A stretch of 64,000 nucleotides of DNA from Gammaproteobacteria bacterium (GCA_965237805.1 OZ250153.1:480001-544000); one strand, 5' to 3'. Positions 37,561-48,006 are shown, counted from the first letter of the stretch. Numbers and translations: made by a program. The notes: generated by a model not told the origin, from the letters alone.

Positions 37561-38181
37561 ATGGGCTTCTACAGCAGCCATGTGCTGCCCAAGCTGCTGA
37601 CTTGGGCCATGTCGCAGGAGGCTTTCGCCGAGCAACGGGCCACGCTGTGCCCGCAGGCGCAGGGTACGGTGCTGGAAATCGGCTTCGGTAGCGGCCTCAA
37701 CGCGCCCTTCTACCAGAACATCGAGCGGCTGTTGTCCGTCGAGCCAGCGCGCGAGCTGCTCGACATCTTCATCGCCTCCGGCATCGGCAGCGAGGCCCGC
37801 CACCCGATCACCCTGCTACAGGCCAGCGCTGAGCAGCTGCCACTGGCGGCGGACTGCGTGGACACCATCGTCATGAGTTGGACCCTGTGCTCTATCCCCA
37901 ATCCGGCGCTGGCAGTGGCGGAAATGGCGCGGGTACTGCGGGGCGGCGGCAAACTGCTGTTCATTGAGCACGGCCTGTCGGACTCCCCCCGCACCCGACG
38001 CTGGCAGCGGCGGCTGACCCCGCTGTGGCGGCGGGTGGGCGGCGGCTGCCACTTAGATCGGGCAGTGGACCAATTGCTCGAACAACACGGCTTCACGATT
38101 TTGACGCTGCGCCGATGGGAACTGCCGGACTTCCCCAGCATCTTCAGCCATCAATACTGCGGGGTGGCATCAAAGCCCTGA
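37561..38181 (+). CDS. Class I SAM-dependent methyltransferase
   Basis: VLEIGFGSGLN, WTLCSIP, FIEHG and GGCHLDR motifs. Confidence 0.88.
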   Translation: MGFYSSHVLPKLLTWAMSQEAFAEQRATLCPQAQGTVLEIGFGSGLNAPFYQNIERLLSVEPARELLDIFIASGIGSEARHPITLLQASAEQLPLAADCVDTIVMSWTLCSIPNPALAVAEMARVLRGGGKLLFIEHGLSDSPRTRRWQRRLTPLWRRVGGGCHLDRAVDQLLEQHGFTILTLRRWELPDFPSIFSHQYCGVASKP

Positions 38182-38240
38182 TGCGCTGAGGGCGGGTTCA
38201 GCGCGACCCAGCCCAGAGAGCAAGCCCAAGTGAGCGCCGC

Positions 38241-39020
38241 TCAGCCCAGCCCGACCATCTTGCAGTTGGCACCACCATCCACCCCTAGGGACTGGCCGGT
38301 GACAAAAGATGCGTCGTCGGAGCACAGCCAGGCCACCGCCGCTGCCAACTCCTCCGGCTTGCCCATACGATGCATCGCCGAATTGGCGACCAGCGAGCGC
38401 TCCAGCTCCGGCTTGCCCTCGACATAGCTCGCCACCGCCTCGGTGCGGGTAACCCCTGGGTTGACGCAATTGACGCGCACACCGAAGCGCGCGTACTCCC
38501 CGGCCGCCGAGCGCGTCAGGCTGTTGACGCCAGCCTTGAAGGCGGCGTAGGGGGAATTGAAAGGCACTGGCTGGACGCTGGCACGCGAACCGATATTGAC
38601 GATGGCACCACCACCCGCCTCACGCATCACAGCCAGCTCGTATTTCAAACACAGGAAGACCCCCTCCAAGCAGATGTTTGCGCCGTGGCGGAACTGCTCC
38701 ATGTCGTATTTTTCCAGCAGAGTGTCGCCGCGGGCGAGGGCGGCGTTGTTGGAGGCGATGTGCAGAGCGCCGAAATGCGACATCGTCTCGGCGACCATCG
38801 CCTCGACCTGCGCCTCATTGCCGACATCGGTAGCGACAAAATGCGCAGCGCCACCGGCGGCCTGCACCGCCGCCACCGTGGCCTGCCCCCCATCCTCGTT
38901 GCAATCGGCCACCACCACCTTGGCCCCCTCGGCGGCAAACTTCATGCAGGTGGCGCGACCGATGCCGCTACCCCCACCGGTCACAATGCCGACTTTGCCT
39001 GCCAATATCTTCCCAGCCAT
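38241..39020 (-). CDS. SDR oxidoreductase
   Basis: TGGGSGIG, NNAA and YAAFK. Confidence 0.9.
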   Translation of the reverse strand: MAGKILAGKVGIVTGGGSGIGRATCMKFAAEGAKVVVADCNEDGGQATVAAVQAAGGAAHFVATDVGNEAQVEAMVAETMSHFGALHIASNNAALARGDTLLEKYDMEQFRHGANICLEGVFLCLKYELAVMREAGGGAIVNIGSRASVQPVPFNSPYAAFKAGVNSLTRSAAGEYARFGVRVNCVNPGVTRTEAVASYVEGKPELERSLVANSAMHRMGKPEELAAAVAWLCSDDASFVTGQSLGVDGGANCKMVGLG

Positions 39021-39129
39021 GATTGAACTCCTGTTGCGAGGCCTATAGTGCGTTGTGCAGCGCTATTTTACCTCCCACCTACCCGGCAGGGGATCGAGCG
39101 ATAGCCCACAACTGCTGCCAGAGCAGGGC

Positions 39130-39158
39130 TTGACAAGGCCGGAAAAGCGTAGTATGGT
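39130..39158 (+). promoter_or_regulatory. Putative sigma70 promoter of the TonB-dependent receptor
   Basis: TTGACA (39130-39135), 17-nt spacer, TATGGT (39153-39158). Confidence 0.65.
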
Positions 39159-39311
39159 GCCTCCACATCATTAGAAATATGTGTGTTTCATGCCCAAAGG
39201 CAGCTGACAATTCAATCGTCATGCTGATTTGCCTTTAGGCGAAACTGGGCAGCGTTCAGCCGCCCCGAAGCAATACATAATCAGTATGCCTGTTCATCAG
39301 GGGGGAATCCA

Positions 39312-42083
39312 ATGAACATTAGCCGCTATAGCACAATCAGCCTCAGCCTCATTGCTCTGGCGCTCTCTTTCAGCACATTGCTCATGCCCTCCGGAAGCAT
39401 GGCGCAGGCACTGGAAGAAGTCCTCGTCACCGCGCAGAAGAGAGAAGAGAATCTGCAGGATGTGCCGATCTCGATCTCCGCCTTTACCGAAGAGGCCTTG
39501 GAGACACTGCGTATCAACGACATCAGTGACATCGGCCAATTCACTCCGGGGCTGTTCAGCGTCCCCGCCCCCACCGACCCCTCCGGTTCGCGCCTGACAC
39601 TGCGCGGTCTCGTGGTCAACAACACCGATATCGGTGTCGACAACAAAGTGGCCATCTACCAAGATGGCATCTATGTCGGCAAATCGGTCGGCACCAGCTT
39701 TGACTTGGCCGACTTGGAACGGGTCGAGATCCTCAAGGGGCCGCAGGGCACTCTCTACGGTCGCAACGCCAGCGCTGGGGCCATCAACCTGATCTCCAAA
39801 AGAGCCTCCACCGATGAGAGCGGCGGCCACTTAGACTTCACGATCGGCACCTTTAACGAGTTCAGTTATAAAGGCTCGGTCAATGTGGCCGTCAGCGACC
39901 GCATGGCTTTCAAAGTCTCGGCAGTCGGCAACCAGCGTGCGGGCTGGGTGGAGAACAATGGCCTCGGCAACGACTTCTACGGCTACGACAAGCAGGCTCT
40001 ACGCTTCGACGCCACCATCTTGCCGATGGACAATGTGTCGGTGCACTACTCCTATGAGAAGAGCGACAACGAATTCGAACCCGCCTACTTCCAATCCCTG
40101 CCCTTGGCGACCGCGCTCACGGCCAACTTTGTCAATGGCATCCCCACGAGCATCAGCAGGAAGGATGACATCGTCGCCACTGCGCCGACCGAAACCGGCA
40201 ACTTGGACACCGAGAACCACGCCCTGACCCTGCAGTGGGACTGGTCCGACTCGCATTCCCTCAAAGCCCTGCTCGGCTACCGCTACACCAACAACTCGCG
40301 GACCATCTACTTCTTCCCCGAACTCAATGTCAACGACTTTGCCTTTGGACTCACATGGGGTGGGAGCGTCTTTCTCATTGACCAACAGTTCTCAGCCTAT
40401 GCTGGTCTTGCTAATGTCAACCTGCGCCCCGGTATCACTGAACTCCTACCGCAGACAACAATTATCGATCTCGGAGGCAGCACCTTCCGGCCTACATTGG
40501 TTACAGGTCAGGTCACTTCTGCCTTCTCGTCCGACGACACCCGCGATGACCTGCACGACAACCGCCAGTACACCATCGAGCTGACCCAGTCAGGGGTGCT
40601 GGACGACCTGTTTGGCTACGGCAGCGTGGATTACACCGCTGGCATCTTCTACCTCAACGAGAACACGGCCAACGCCAACCAGGACTACAGCCAGAGCGCT
40701 GGCAATGTCGGCTTTGAATATCTGGCGCTGGCTGGCTTGGTAGCTGCATTGCCAAAAGCCCTGGCTGCGCAGACAAACGTTCTAAATGCTATGGGAATGC
40801 CTTGCGCTACGGCGGGGGGTACCGGGGCGTGCCTCACAAGCTTGACAGCAGAGCAAATCGCAGGCCTCACCAACATCAACGATGCCGTATTTACAACTGG
40901 CAACCCCGCAACCCAACCTATTGTTGATGGCGTGAGAGCCGCTGTCGTCAACGGTGCGCTGGCAGGCTTCAATGCGACGGGCGCGACAGGGGGCCTGTTC
41001 AGCGGCGACACCGATGCCTTTGCGATATTTGGCCAAGCGACATGGACACCCATCATCCCCGGCATGGAAGTCTTGGAAGATCGTCTACACCTGACCTTGG
41101 GGCTGCGCTACTCCTACGAAGAAAAGAGCGGCAGACTGCAAAAACTGAGCCCGCTCTTCGCCGACCAAACCAACCTCCAAGGCAATGCGATCGCCCTCAT
41201 CTCCAGCGATGACGACTACGACAGCTTTGATCCCAGCTTCAATGTCCGCTACGACATCAACGACGATATGATGGCCTACTTCAGCGTCGGCACCTCTTTC
41301 TTGTCCGGTGGCTACGGTGCCGCTGCTGGCACCTTGGACCAATTCCGCTTCGACCAAGAGAAAATCCTCGCCTACGAGATCGGCTTCAAAGGTGATTTGT
41401 TCGACATCGCACGCCTGAATGCGGCTGTTTTCTTCTATGATGTCAGCGACCAGCAACAGACCGTCTCCCACCCCGTCAACGCCTCCGTCAACGGTGTCGG
41501 CAATACCGATGCCGAAACCAAGGGCTTTGAGGTCGACCTACGGGTGGATGTGCCCTATGTGGAAGGTCTGAGCGCTGGCATTCAGTACGCCTACCTCAAC
41601 TCCAAGCAGGAGAATTTGACCAACCCCTTCGTCGATCCGGGAACAGCAACAGCCGCCAACTGCCCGGATGGCGGCGGTCAACGCATGGTTAGCGCCGACG
41701 GCAACTGCATCGAGTTGCGCCAGAGCTTCGCCGACCCGGAAAACACGCTGTCGGCGAGCGTCGATTACCGTACCGACTTGGACATGCTGGGAGTTCCCGG
41801 CACCCTAGTTGTGCATGTGGGCTACAACTTCATCGATGAAACAAATGTGACCACAAATGTGAGCAAAGATGCCGTCAACTTGGTCGATGCCCGTGTCGCT
41901 CTCAGCGATGTTGCCATTGGCGACGGCATGATGAATGTCGCCTTGTGGGCGCAAAACCTGCTCGACGACAGCTACATCGTCAACCGCATCAACTTCAGCA
42001 CCTCCGCTGGTGGTTTTGCCCATGACATCGTCAACTTCGGTCCTCCGCTGACCGTCGGCTTGGATCTCAAATACAGCTTCTGA
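39312..42083 (+). CDS. TonB-dependent outer-membrane receptor
   Basis: Signal peptide, TonB box LEEVLVTAQKREE, plug motif ERVEILKGPQGTLYGRNA and C-terminal Phe (LKYSF). Confidence 0.95.
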   Translation: MNISRYSTISLSLIALALSFSTLLMPSGSMAQALEEVLVTAQKREENLQDVPISISAFTEEALETLRINDISDIGQFTPGLFSVPAPTDPSGSRLTLRGLVVNNTDIGVDNKVAIYQDGIYVGKSVGTSFDLADLERVEILKGPQGTLYGRNASAGAINLISKRASTDESGGHLDFTIGTFNEFSYKGSVNVAVSDRMAFKVSAVGNQRAGWVENNGLGNDFYGYDKQALRFDATILPMDNVSVHYSYEKSDNEFEPAYFQSLPLATALTANFVNGIPTSISRKDDIVATAPTETGNLDTENHALTLQWDWSDSHSLKALLGYRYTNNSRTIYFFPELNVNDFAFGLTWGGSVFLIDQQFSAYAGLANVNLRPGITELLPQTTIIDLGGSTFRPTLVTGQVTSAFSSDDTRDDLHDNRQYTIELTQSGVLDDLFGYGSVDYTAGIFYLNENTANANQDYSQSAGNVGFEYLALAGLVAALPKALAAQTNVLNAMGMPCATAGGTGACLTSLTAEQIAGLTNINDAVFTTGNPATQPIVDGVRAAVVNGALAGFNATGATGGLFSGDTDAFAIFGQATWTPIIPGMEVLEDRLHLTLGLRYSYEEKSGRLQKLSPLFADQTNLQGNAIALISSDDDYDSFDPSFNVRYDINDDMMAYFSVGTSFLSGGYGAAAGTLDQFRFDQEKILAYEIGFKGDLFDIARLNAAVFFYDVSDQQQTVSHPVNASVNGVGNTDAETKGFEVDLRVDVPYVEGLSAGIQYAYLNSKQENLTNPFVDPGTATAANCPDGGGQRMVSADGNCIELRQSFADPENTLSASVDYRTDLDMLGVPGTLVVHVGYNFIDETNVTTNVSKDAVNLVDARVALSDVAIGDGMMNVALWAQNLLDDSYIVNRINFSTSAGGFAHDIVNFGPPLTVGLDLKYSF

Positions 42084-42121
42084 GCCGCTATCACGCCTGA
42101 ACTACAGGCTGGCCAACTAGC

Positions 42122-42161
42122 GCCCGCTCCCGGAACACGATCCGGGGGCGGGCTTTTTTTT
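42122..42161 (+). terminator. Rho-independent terminator
   Basis: Stem GCCCGCTCCCGGA / TCCGGGGGCGGGC with a 6-nt loop, followed by T8. Confidence 0.88.
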
Positions 42162-42186
42162 GGCACGCATCAGCTGCCCGACTCGG

Positions 42187-44124
42187 ATGCGCCTCAGACC
42201 GCTCCCCAAGCAACGATGCCATGGTGGTGCCGCATGGCTCGCCGCCCTGCTGCTGCTGCCCTTTGCGCCGACGCACGCTGCCCCGACGACAGCAGCCACC
42301 GCCCCCTGCGCCACAGCTGAGCCACTGCGGCGAGCCTTCTTCGGCGATCTGCATGTGCACACCAGCTACTCCCAAGACGCCAATGCGCGCGGCACTCGCC
42401 TGAAACCCGCCGATGCCTACCGCTTCGCGCGCGGGGCGGTGGCGGGCATCGCCCCCTACGACGCACAGGGTCGTGCGCTGCGCAGCATACAGCTGGCGCG
42501 CCCACTGGACTTCGCCGCCGTCACCGACCACGCCGAGCAGCTCGGCGAGATGCACATCTGCACCACACCGGGACAGCCCGGCCACCGCTCGCTGGTGTGC
42601 CGCATCCACCGCCGCTGGCCCGCCGTCTCCTACTATCTGATGAACGCCCGCTATGCGCTGCTCGGCAAGCGCTGGGGCTTTTGTGGTGCAGACCAGCGCC
42701 ACTGCTTGGCCGCCGCCAGCACCGTTTGGCAAGACACCCGCCACGCCGCCGAGACCGCCTACGACCACTCCCCTGACTGCCGTTTCACCAGCTTCGTCGC
42801 CTATGAGTGGACCGCCGACCCGGGGGCGATCCACCTGCACCGCAATGTGATCTTCAAGAGCGCCACCGTGCCGGCACTGCCAATCTCGACCATCGAGACC
42901 GGCCCCTACGCAATGGAGCTGTGGCGCCAGCTCGAGGCCCAGTGCGAGGGCGCACTGCCCGGCTGCGAAGCCATCACCATCCCGCACAACCCCAACCTCA
43001 GCGATGGCCTGAGCTTCAATTCCGCCATCACGCTGCGCGGGGAGATCGGTGCCGAGGAGACAGCGCTGCGGGCACGCTACGACCGCCTCGTCGAGATGAT
43101 GCAGCGCGGTGGCGCATCGGAGTGCTTGCCCAGCCCCGGCAGCGACCCCCGCATCGGCGATGAAGCCTGCGACTTCGAGCTGATGCTGCCCACCCAGCAC
43201 ATGCCCTTCGCCCCACCACTGCGTTACGAGGCCGTCAACTATCTGCGCGACGCACTCAAACGGGGCCTGCTGCTGGGCGAGCGGCTCGGCATCAACCCGA
43301 TGCAGTACGGCATGATCGGCAGTACCGACACCCACCTCGGCACGCCGGGCATCACCGACGAGCGCGACCACCCGGGCCAGCCCTTCCGGCAACTGCCCGC
43401 CAGCGGGCTGCTGGACGAGCTGAGCGCCAACCCCGGCGGCTTGGCGGTGCTGTGGGCTGAGGAAAACCGCCGCGGGGCGCTATTCGCCGCGATGCGCCGC
43501 CGCGAGGCTTACGCCACCAGCGGCAACCGCCCGCTGCTGCGCTTCTTCGGCAGCTGGGACTTGCCAGCTGGGCTGTGCAGCGCCCCAGACCGCATCGCCC
43601 GCGCCTACGCAGGCGGCGTGCCAATGGGAGACGAGTTGCCAGCACTGCCCGGCCGAGACAGCCCAAATCCAAAGATAGCGCCGCTGTTCTTCATCGAGGC
43701 ACTGCGCGACCCGGCTCCGAGTGCCGCCCCATTGCAGCGTCTCGAGATCATCAAGGGATGGGTCGAGGACGGCACCCTGCGCGAGCGCGTGCACAGCGTG
43801 GCGGGTGGCGACAGCGACGCCTCGGTGGCGCTCGGCACATGCGAGCGCAGCGGCGACGGCCACAGCCAGCTGTGCACGCTGTGGCGCGACCCCGACTTCG
43901 TGCCCGGACAGTCTGCCTTTTACTACGCCCGCCTGTTGGAGAACCCGAGCTGCCGCTGGAGCCAGTGGGCCTGCATCGCCGCCAAAGTGGACTGCGCCGA
44001 TGCGGCCAGCATCAGTACTGGCTACGAGGGCTGCTGCGATGCAGCACATCGCCCGGTGATCCAAGAGCGGGCCTGGTCCTCGCCGATCTGGTACACGCCG
44101 CTGGGGGCGGCGGCAGGGGGCTGA
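42187..44124 (+). CDS. DUF3604 (PHP-like) exported protein, paralog A
   Basis: Signal peptide; GDLHVHT, TDHAE, YEW, HRNV, IPHN, STDTH, ENPSCRW and QERAWSSPIW motifs. ATG 42187 preferred over the TTG inside the terminator tail. Confidence 0.85.
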   Translation: MRLRPLPKQRCHGGAAWLAALLLLPFAPTHAAPTTAATAPCATAEPLRRAFFGDLHVHTSYSQDANARGTRLKPADAYRFARGAVAGIAPYDAQGRALRSIQLARPLDFAAVTDHAEQLGEMHICTTPGQPGHRSLVCRIHRRWPAVSYYLMNARYALLGKRWGFCGADQRHCLAAASTVWQDTRHAAETAYDHSPDCRFTSFVAYEWTADPGAIHLHRNVIFKSATVPALPISTIETGPYAMELWRQLEAQCEGALPGCEAITIPHNPNLSDGLSFNSAITLRGEIGAEETALRARYDRLVEMMQRGGASECLPSPGSDPRIGDEACDFELMLPTQHMPFAPPLRYEAVNYLRDALKRGLLLGERLGINPMQYGMIGSTDTHLGTPGITDERDHPGQPFRQLPASGLLDELSANPGGLAVLWAEENRRGALFAAMRRREAYATSGNRPLLRFFGSWDLPAGLCSAPDRIARAYAGGVPMGDELPALPGRDSPNPKIAPLFFIEALRDPAPSAAPLQRLEIIKGWVEDGTLRERVHSVAGGDSDASVALGTCERSGDGHSQLCTLWRDPDFVPGQSAFYYARLLENPSCRWSQWACIAAKVDCADAASISTGYEGCCDAAHRPVIQERAWSSPIWYTPLGAAAGG

Positions 44125-44285
44125 GCGGCGCTGGGGTGGCGCTTGAATGGCCTTGCTGGATGGCAGAAAATATGTTGCGGACGATGGTGTATGATGGAAT
44201 GGATGAATTCGAGTGTCATGCTGGGGTCAGCTCTGACATCAAACATCGAAAGTGGATTCTACCCGCGTAAGGACAAGGTATTGTC

Positions 44286-45050
44286 ATGCTGAAAGACATA
44301 TTCAAATATTCTCAATCGGATCTCCCCATCTTCAAGATTGGCGCTGTCGTTTGGGTCTTGGGCATGGCCTATATTTCCAGTGGATTTGCTGGAAATGCCG
44401 AGAATCCAACAAGTCACACAGCCCTGTACAATCAGATTATGGCAAGTGCCACAATGACGCTGGCATGGGTGGCGATAGTCGGTTGTTGGATAGCCCATCG
44501 CCACTTGGGGCGAGCCACGACAAGTCTCTCAGAAGAAACAAGGCGATTTACACACGAGCACATGATGAACTTCGAAGTGGCGAAGTTGCGTCATAAAATC
44601 ACCCACAATCTGCACAAGGTGCCAGCGCCATATGCGGAAACAATATGGCACATAAAGAAGCAAACACAGGAAAAAATACGCTCTCCTGATACAGAATACG
44701 TGCTAATTCCTGCAATGCACGGGATTCTAAATGGAGAAAATCTTACAGCATTTATTTATAAGAATTTTCAGGGAGATGAAGAAAACTATGAGGAACTCAA
44801 CAGGCTGGCTTTTGCACTAGAAGTCGACATTCACACATTTCTAAATATTCTGGAAGATGTGGCTAGGGCAGTAAATATGGGCGTATATGATGCGGATAGC
44901 GTGCGCACAACTGCTGAACACTATATAATAGATAGTTGGCAGCTATACCAAGAGTACATTCCGGCTCTGCGAGAGTACAAAACAAAACCAACGTTGTGTA
45001 AAGAATTTGAGAAATTGGCGAAGAGATGGCTGGCGGACACGCGAGCTTGA
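44286..45050 (+). CDS. AT-rich DUF4760-like membrane-anchored protein
   Basis: Two N-terminal hydrophobic segments; C-terminal FLNILE.VA.AV..GVYD...W...I..LR...EFEKLAKRW pattern. Confidence 0.6.
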   Translation: MLKDIFKYSQSDLPIFKIGAVVWVLGMAYISSGFAGNAENPTSHTALYNQIMASATMTLAWVAIVGCWIAHRHLGRATTSLSEETRRFTHEHMMNFEVAKLRHKITHNLHKVPAPYAETIWHIKKQTQEKIRSPDTEYVLIPAMHGILNGENLTAFIYKNFQGDEENYEELNRLAFALEVDIHTFLNILEDVARAVNMGVYDADSVRTTAEHYIIDSWQLYQEYIPALREYKTKPTLCKEFEKLAKRWLADTRA

Positions 45051-45454
45051 CACGGTCAATGATAGCGCTTGGCAGCAACACGGGAGTGGATGCCAGCCTG
45101 CACAGCCGCCGCGCCCGAAACGGCGACAGCGCCAACTACGCACCGCTAGTGTCCAACAGCGCCAATTCGAACACCACTCTGGCCACCCATAGCCGATTTG
45201 ACAATCCAGTGTAGGAGATGACTGAATGTTTTTCGAAAAAGATATCTAACCGCCTTGCCTAGGGCGTTGTTCCCATAGCATGTCAGCACCCGAGTGTGTG
45301 CATCCATAGACCGAGCGCCAACTCACATGGCCGCCCGCCCACTAACCCCGCTTTTGCTATCATGGGCGGAAGATTTGGCCACAGCCCTGTTTGCGTACAC
45401 GCGACACCCCGCTGGGGCGCGCGCAGCCCAAGCCCCGCCGCCAAGAACAGCCAT

Positions 45455-46357
45455 ATGAGCCCATCCCCCGCAACACCCTCCCCCCCAGACGGTACCCCAC
45501 CCCGCCTAGACGGCAAAGTCGCCCTCATTACCGGCGCCAGCCGCGGCCTCGGGCGCGGTTTGGCGCGGCGCTTCGCCAGCGCTGGGGCCACCGTGGTCGT
45601 CACGGCACGCAGTGTCGATCAGGCCGTGCAACTGGAGGGCACTCTGGCCGAGACAGTGACTCTGATTGAGGGCGACGGCGGGCACGCCATCCCGCTCGGC
45701 GCAGACATCGAAGACCCAGAGCAAGTCGCACAGCTGGTGCCACGCGCCGTGGCGGTCGCCGGACGGCTCGACATCCTCGTCAACAATGCTGGCTTCGCCG
45801 AGTTTGCACGCATTGAAGACATGCCCGAGCCGCTGTTCGACAGAACCCTCAGCCACTACTTCAAAACTCCCTTCCAATTGATCCAAGCCGCCGTGCCGGT
45901 GATGCGCGCACAAGGTGCGGGCTGGATCTTGCAGCTCGGCTCCATCGTCGCGCAGCGCCCGCTCAAACCCTATGAGAGCTTCGACCGCGTCGGCGGCGGC
46001 TTGATCTACGCCGCGGTCAAAGCCGCCCTAGCACGCTTCACCCAAGGCTTGGCTGCAGAGCTCGAAGCCGACAATATCGCCGTCAATATGGTCGCCCCCA
46101 GCACCGGCATCCGCACGCCGGGCTCTGACTTGCACATCCCCGACGACTACCCGACCGAGCGTATCGAATACCTCACAGAAACTGCACTGGCGCTGTGCCA
46201 TCTACCAGCCGACCAGCGCACCGGCCTCGTGACCCACAGCCTGCACTTCCCCCTGCATTACGGCTTGCCAGTGTGGAGCTTGGATGGCCGCGAGCAGCTG
46301 CCAGCGCCGGAAATCCCGAGCTACGCCCACCCCGAAGTACGCCCCGCTGGCGAATGA
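45455..46357 (+). CDS. SDR oxidoreductase
   Basis: TGASRGLG, NNAG and YAAVK. Confidence 0.88.
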   Translation: MSPSPATPSPPDGTPPRLDGKVALITGASRGLGRGLARRFASAGATVVVTARSVDQAVQLEGTLAETVTLIEGDGGHAIPLGADIEDPEQVAQLVPRAVAVAGRLDILVNNAGFAEFARIEDMPEPLFDRTLSHYFKTPFQLIQAAVPVMRAQGAGWILQLGSIVAQRPLKPYESFDRVGGGLIYAAVKAALARFTQGLAAELEADNIAVNMVAPSTGIRTPGSDLHIPDDYPTERIEYLTETALALCHLPADQRTGLVTHSLHFPLHYGLPVWSLDGREQLPAPEIPSYAHPEVRPAGE

Positions 46358-46421
46358 TGGCCAAGCGAAGCCAGCGGATGCGCACCGCAGCCATCACCGC
46401 GGCCACCGCCGCCGCCTGACG

Positions 46422-47219
46422 ATGGGGCAATTAGACGGCAAGATCGCCCTGATCACCGGCGCGGCCGGCGGCATCGGCTCGGCGACGGCTCGGCTCTTCC
46501 TCGCCGAGGGCGCACGGGTGGTGCTGAGCGATCTCGACGCGACCAGCGGCGAGGCGCTGGCGCGAGAGCTGGGCAATCGCAGCCTGTTCATCGCGCACGA
46601 TGTGCGTGATGAAGCGCAATGGCAAGGGGCCGTGGAGCGCTCGGTGGCACACTTCGAGGGGCTACACATCTTGGTCAACAACGCCGGCCTGTGCATCATC
46701 GCGGGTGTCATGGAGCAGAGCGTGGAGCAGATACATCAGGTGATCGACATCAATCTGCTCGGCACCATGATCGGTGTCAAGTGCGCCGCCCCCGCCATCA
46801 TCAAGTCCGGCGGCGGGGCCATCATCAATGTCTCCTCGGTGGAGGGGCTACGGGCGATGAATGCCATCTCCGCCTATGTCGCGAGCAAATGGGGGGTGCG
46901 CGGCTTCACCAAGTCGGCGGCGCTGGAATTGGGGCACCGTGGCGTGCGCGTCAATTCACTGCATCCCGGCACGGTGTTCACCAAGATGGCCAACGCCGAG
47001 GGTCTGTCGCGCGAGGAATTCGACCGCACACGCACTGCGCACTATCCGGTGCAGCGCGCAGCCGACCCCGAGCAGATCGCCAAGGCCATGCTATTCCTCG
47101 CCAGCGATGCTTCCAGCTACTGCATGGGCTCGGAGCTGTCGGTGGACGGCGGCACACCACTGGGAGAATACGCGCCGGGGCTGCCCGGGGCACTGCCAGA
47201 GCCCGGGGCGGCGGGCTGA
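46422..47219 (+). CDS. SDR oxidoreductase (3-alpha,20-beta-HSDH-like), tandem copy 1
   Basis: TGAAGGIG, NNAG, YVASKWGVRG and IRVNS-like GVRVNSLHPG. Confidence 0.88.
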   Translation: MGQLDGKIALITGAAGGIGSATARLFLAEGARVVLSDLDATSGEALARELGNRSLFIAHDVRDEAQWQGAVERSVAHFEGLHILVNNAGLCIIAGVMEQSVEQIHQVIDINLLGTMIGVKCAAPAIIKSGGGAIINVSSVEGLRAMNAISAYVASKWGVRGFTKSAALELGHRGVRVNSLHPGTVFTKMANAEGLSREEFDRTRTAHYPVQRAADPEQIAKAMLFLASDASSYCMGSELSVDGGTPLGEYAPGLPGALPEPGAAG

Positions 47220-47223
47220 GGCC

Positions 47224-48006
47224 ATGGCCAAGCTGGACGGCAAAATCGCCCTCGTCACCGGTGCCTGCGACGCTGGCGGCATCGGTGCGGCGTCGGCCAA
47301 GGCCTTCATCGCCGAGGGTGCCAAAGTGATGCTGAGCGGCAGGCGGCGGCAGGACGGCGAAGCACTGGCGCACGAGCTGGGCGACGACGCCAGCTTCGTC
47401 GAGCTGGATGTGCGCGACGAAGACCAATGGCAGCGAGCAGTGGCGCAGACCACAGCACATTTTGGCGGCCTGCACATCTTGCTCAACAACGCCGGTGTGC
47501 TGCTATTCCACGGGGTCTCAGAGTTGGCTGTAGATGAGATGCGCCGCGTGCTCGATGTCAATCTGATCGGGATGATGCTGGGCACCAAGCACGCCGCACC
47601 GCAGATCATCGCCAGCGGTGGCGGGGCCATCGTCAACATCACCTCGGCGGACTCGCTGAAGGCGATGAACGGCATCTCCTCTTATGTGGCAGCCAAGTGG
47701 GCGGCACGCGGCTTCGCCAAGTCGGCGGCAATGGAGTTGGCGCACCAAGGCGTGCGCGTCAACTCAGTGCATCCCGGGGCCACCTTTACAAAGATGTCCA
47801 GTGCCTTCGTCTCCGATCGCGCAGCCTTCGACAAATTGGCCGCACACTACCCCTCGCAGCGCAGTGCCGACCCCGAGGAGATCGCCTCGGCGGTGCTGTT
47901 CCTCGCCAGCGAAGACGCCGACCACTGCATCGGTATCGACTTGGCTGTGGACGGCGGTATGACGCTGGGGGAATACTCGCCGATGCTGCCGGGAACGCCA
48001 GACTAA
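47224..48006 (+). CDS. SDR oxidoreductase (3-alpha,20-beta-HSDH-like), tandem copy 2
   Basis: TGACDAGGIG, NNAG and YVAAKWAARG; paralog of the preceding gene. Confidence 0.88.
   Translation: MAKLDGKIALVTGACDAGGIGAASAKAFIAEGAKVMLSGRRRQDGEALAHELGDDASFVELDVRDEDQWQRAVAQTTAHFGGLHILLNNAGVLLFHGVSELAVDEMRRVLDVNLIGMMLGTKHAAPQIIASGGGAIVNITSADSLKAMNGISSYVAAKWAARGFAKSAAMELAHQGVRVNSVHPGATFTKMSSAFVSDRAAFDKLAAHYPSQRSADPEEIASAVLFLASEDADHCIGIDLAVDGGMTLGEYSPMLPGTPD

Noticed and set aside
7856-45454. Idea that the low-GC islets are integron cassettes or share a mobile end
   Set aside because: No attC-like structures, shared flanking repeats or integrase were found by eye.
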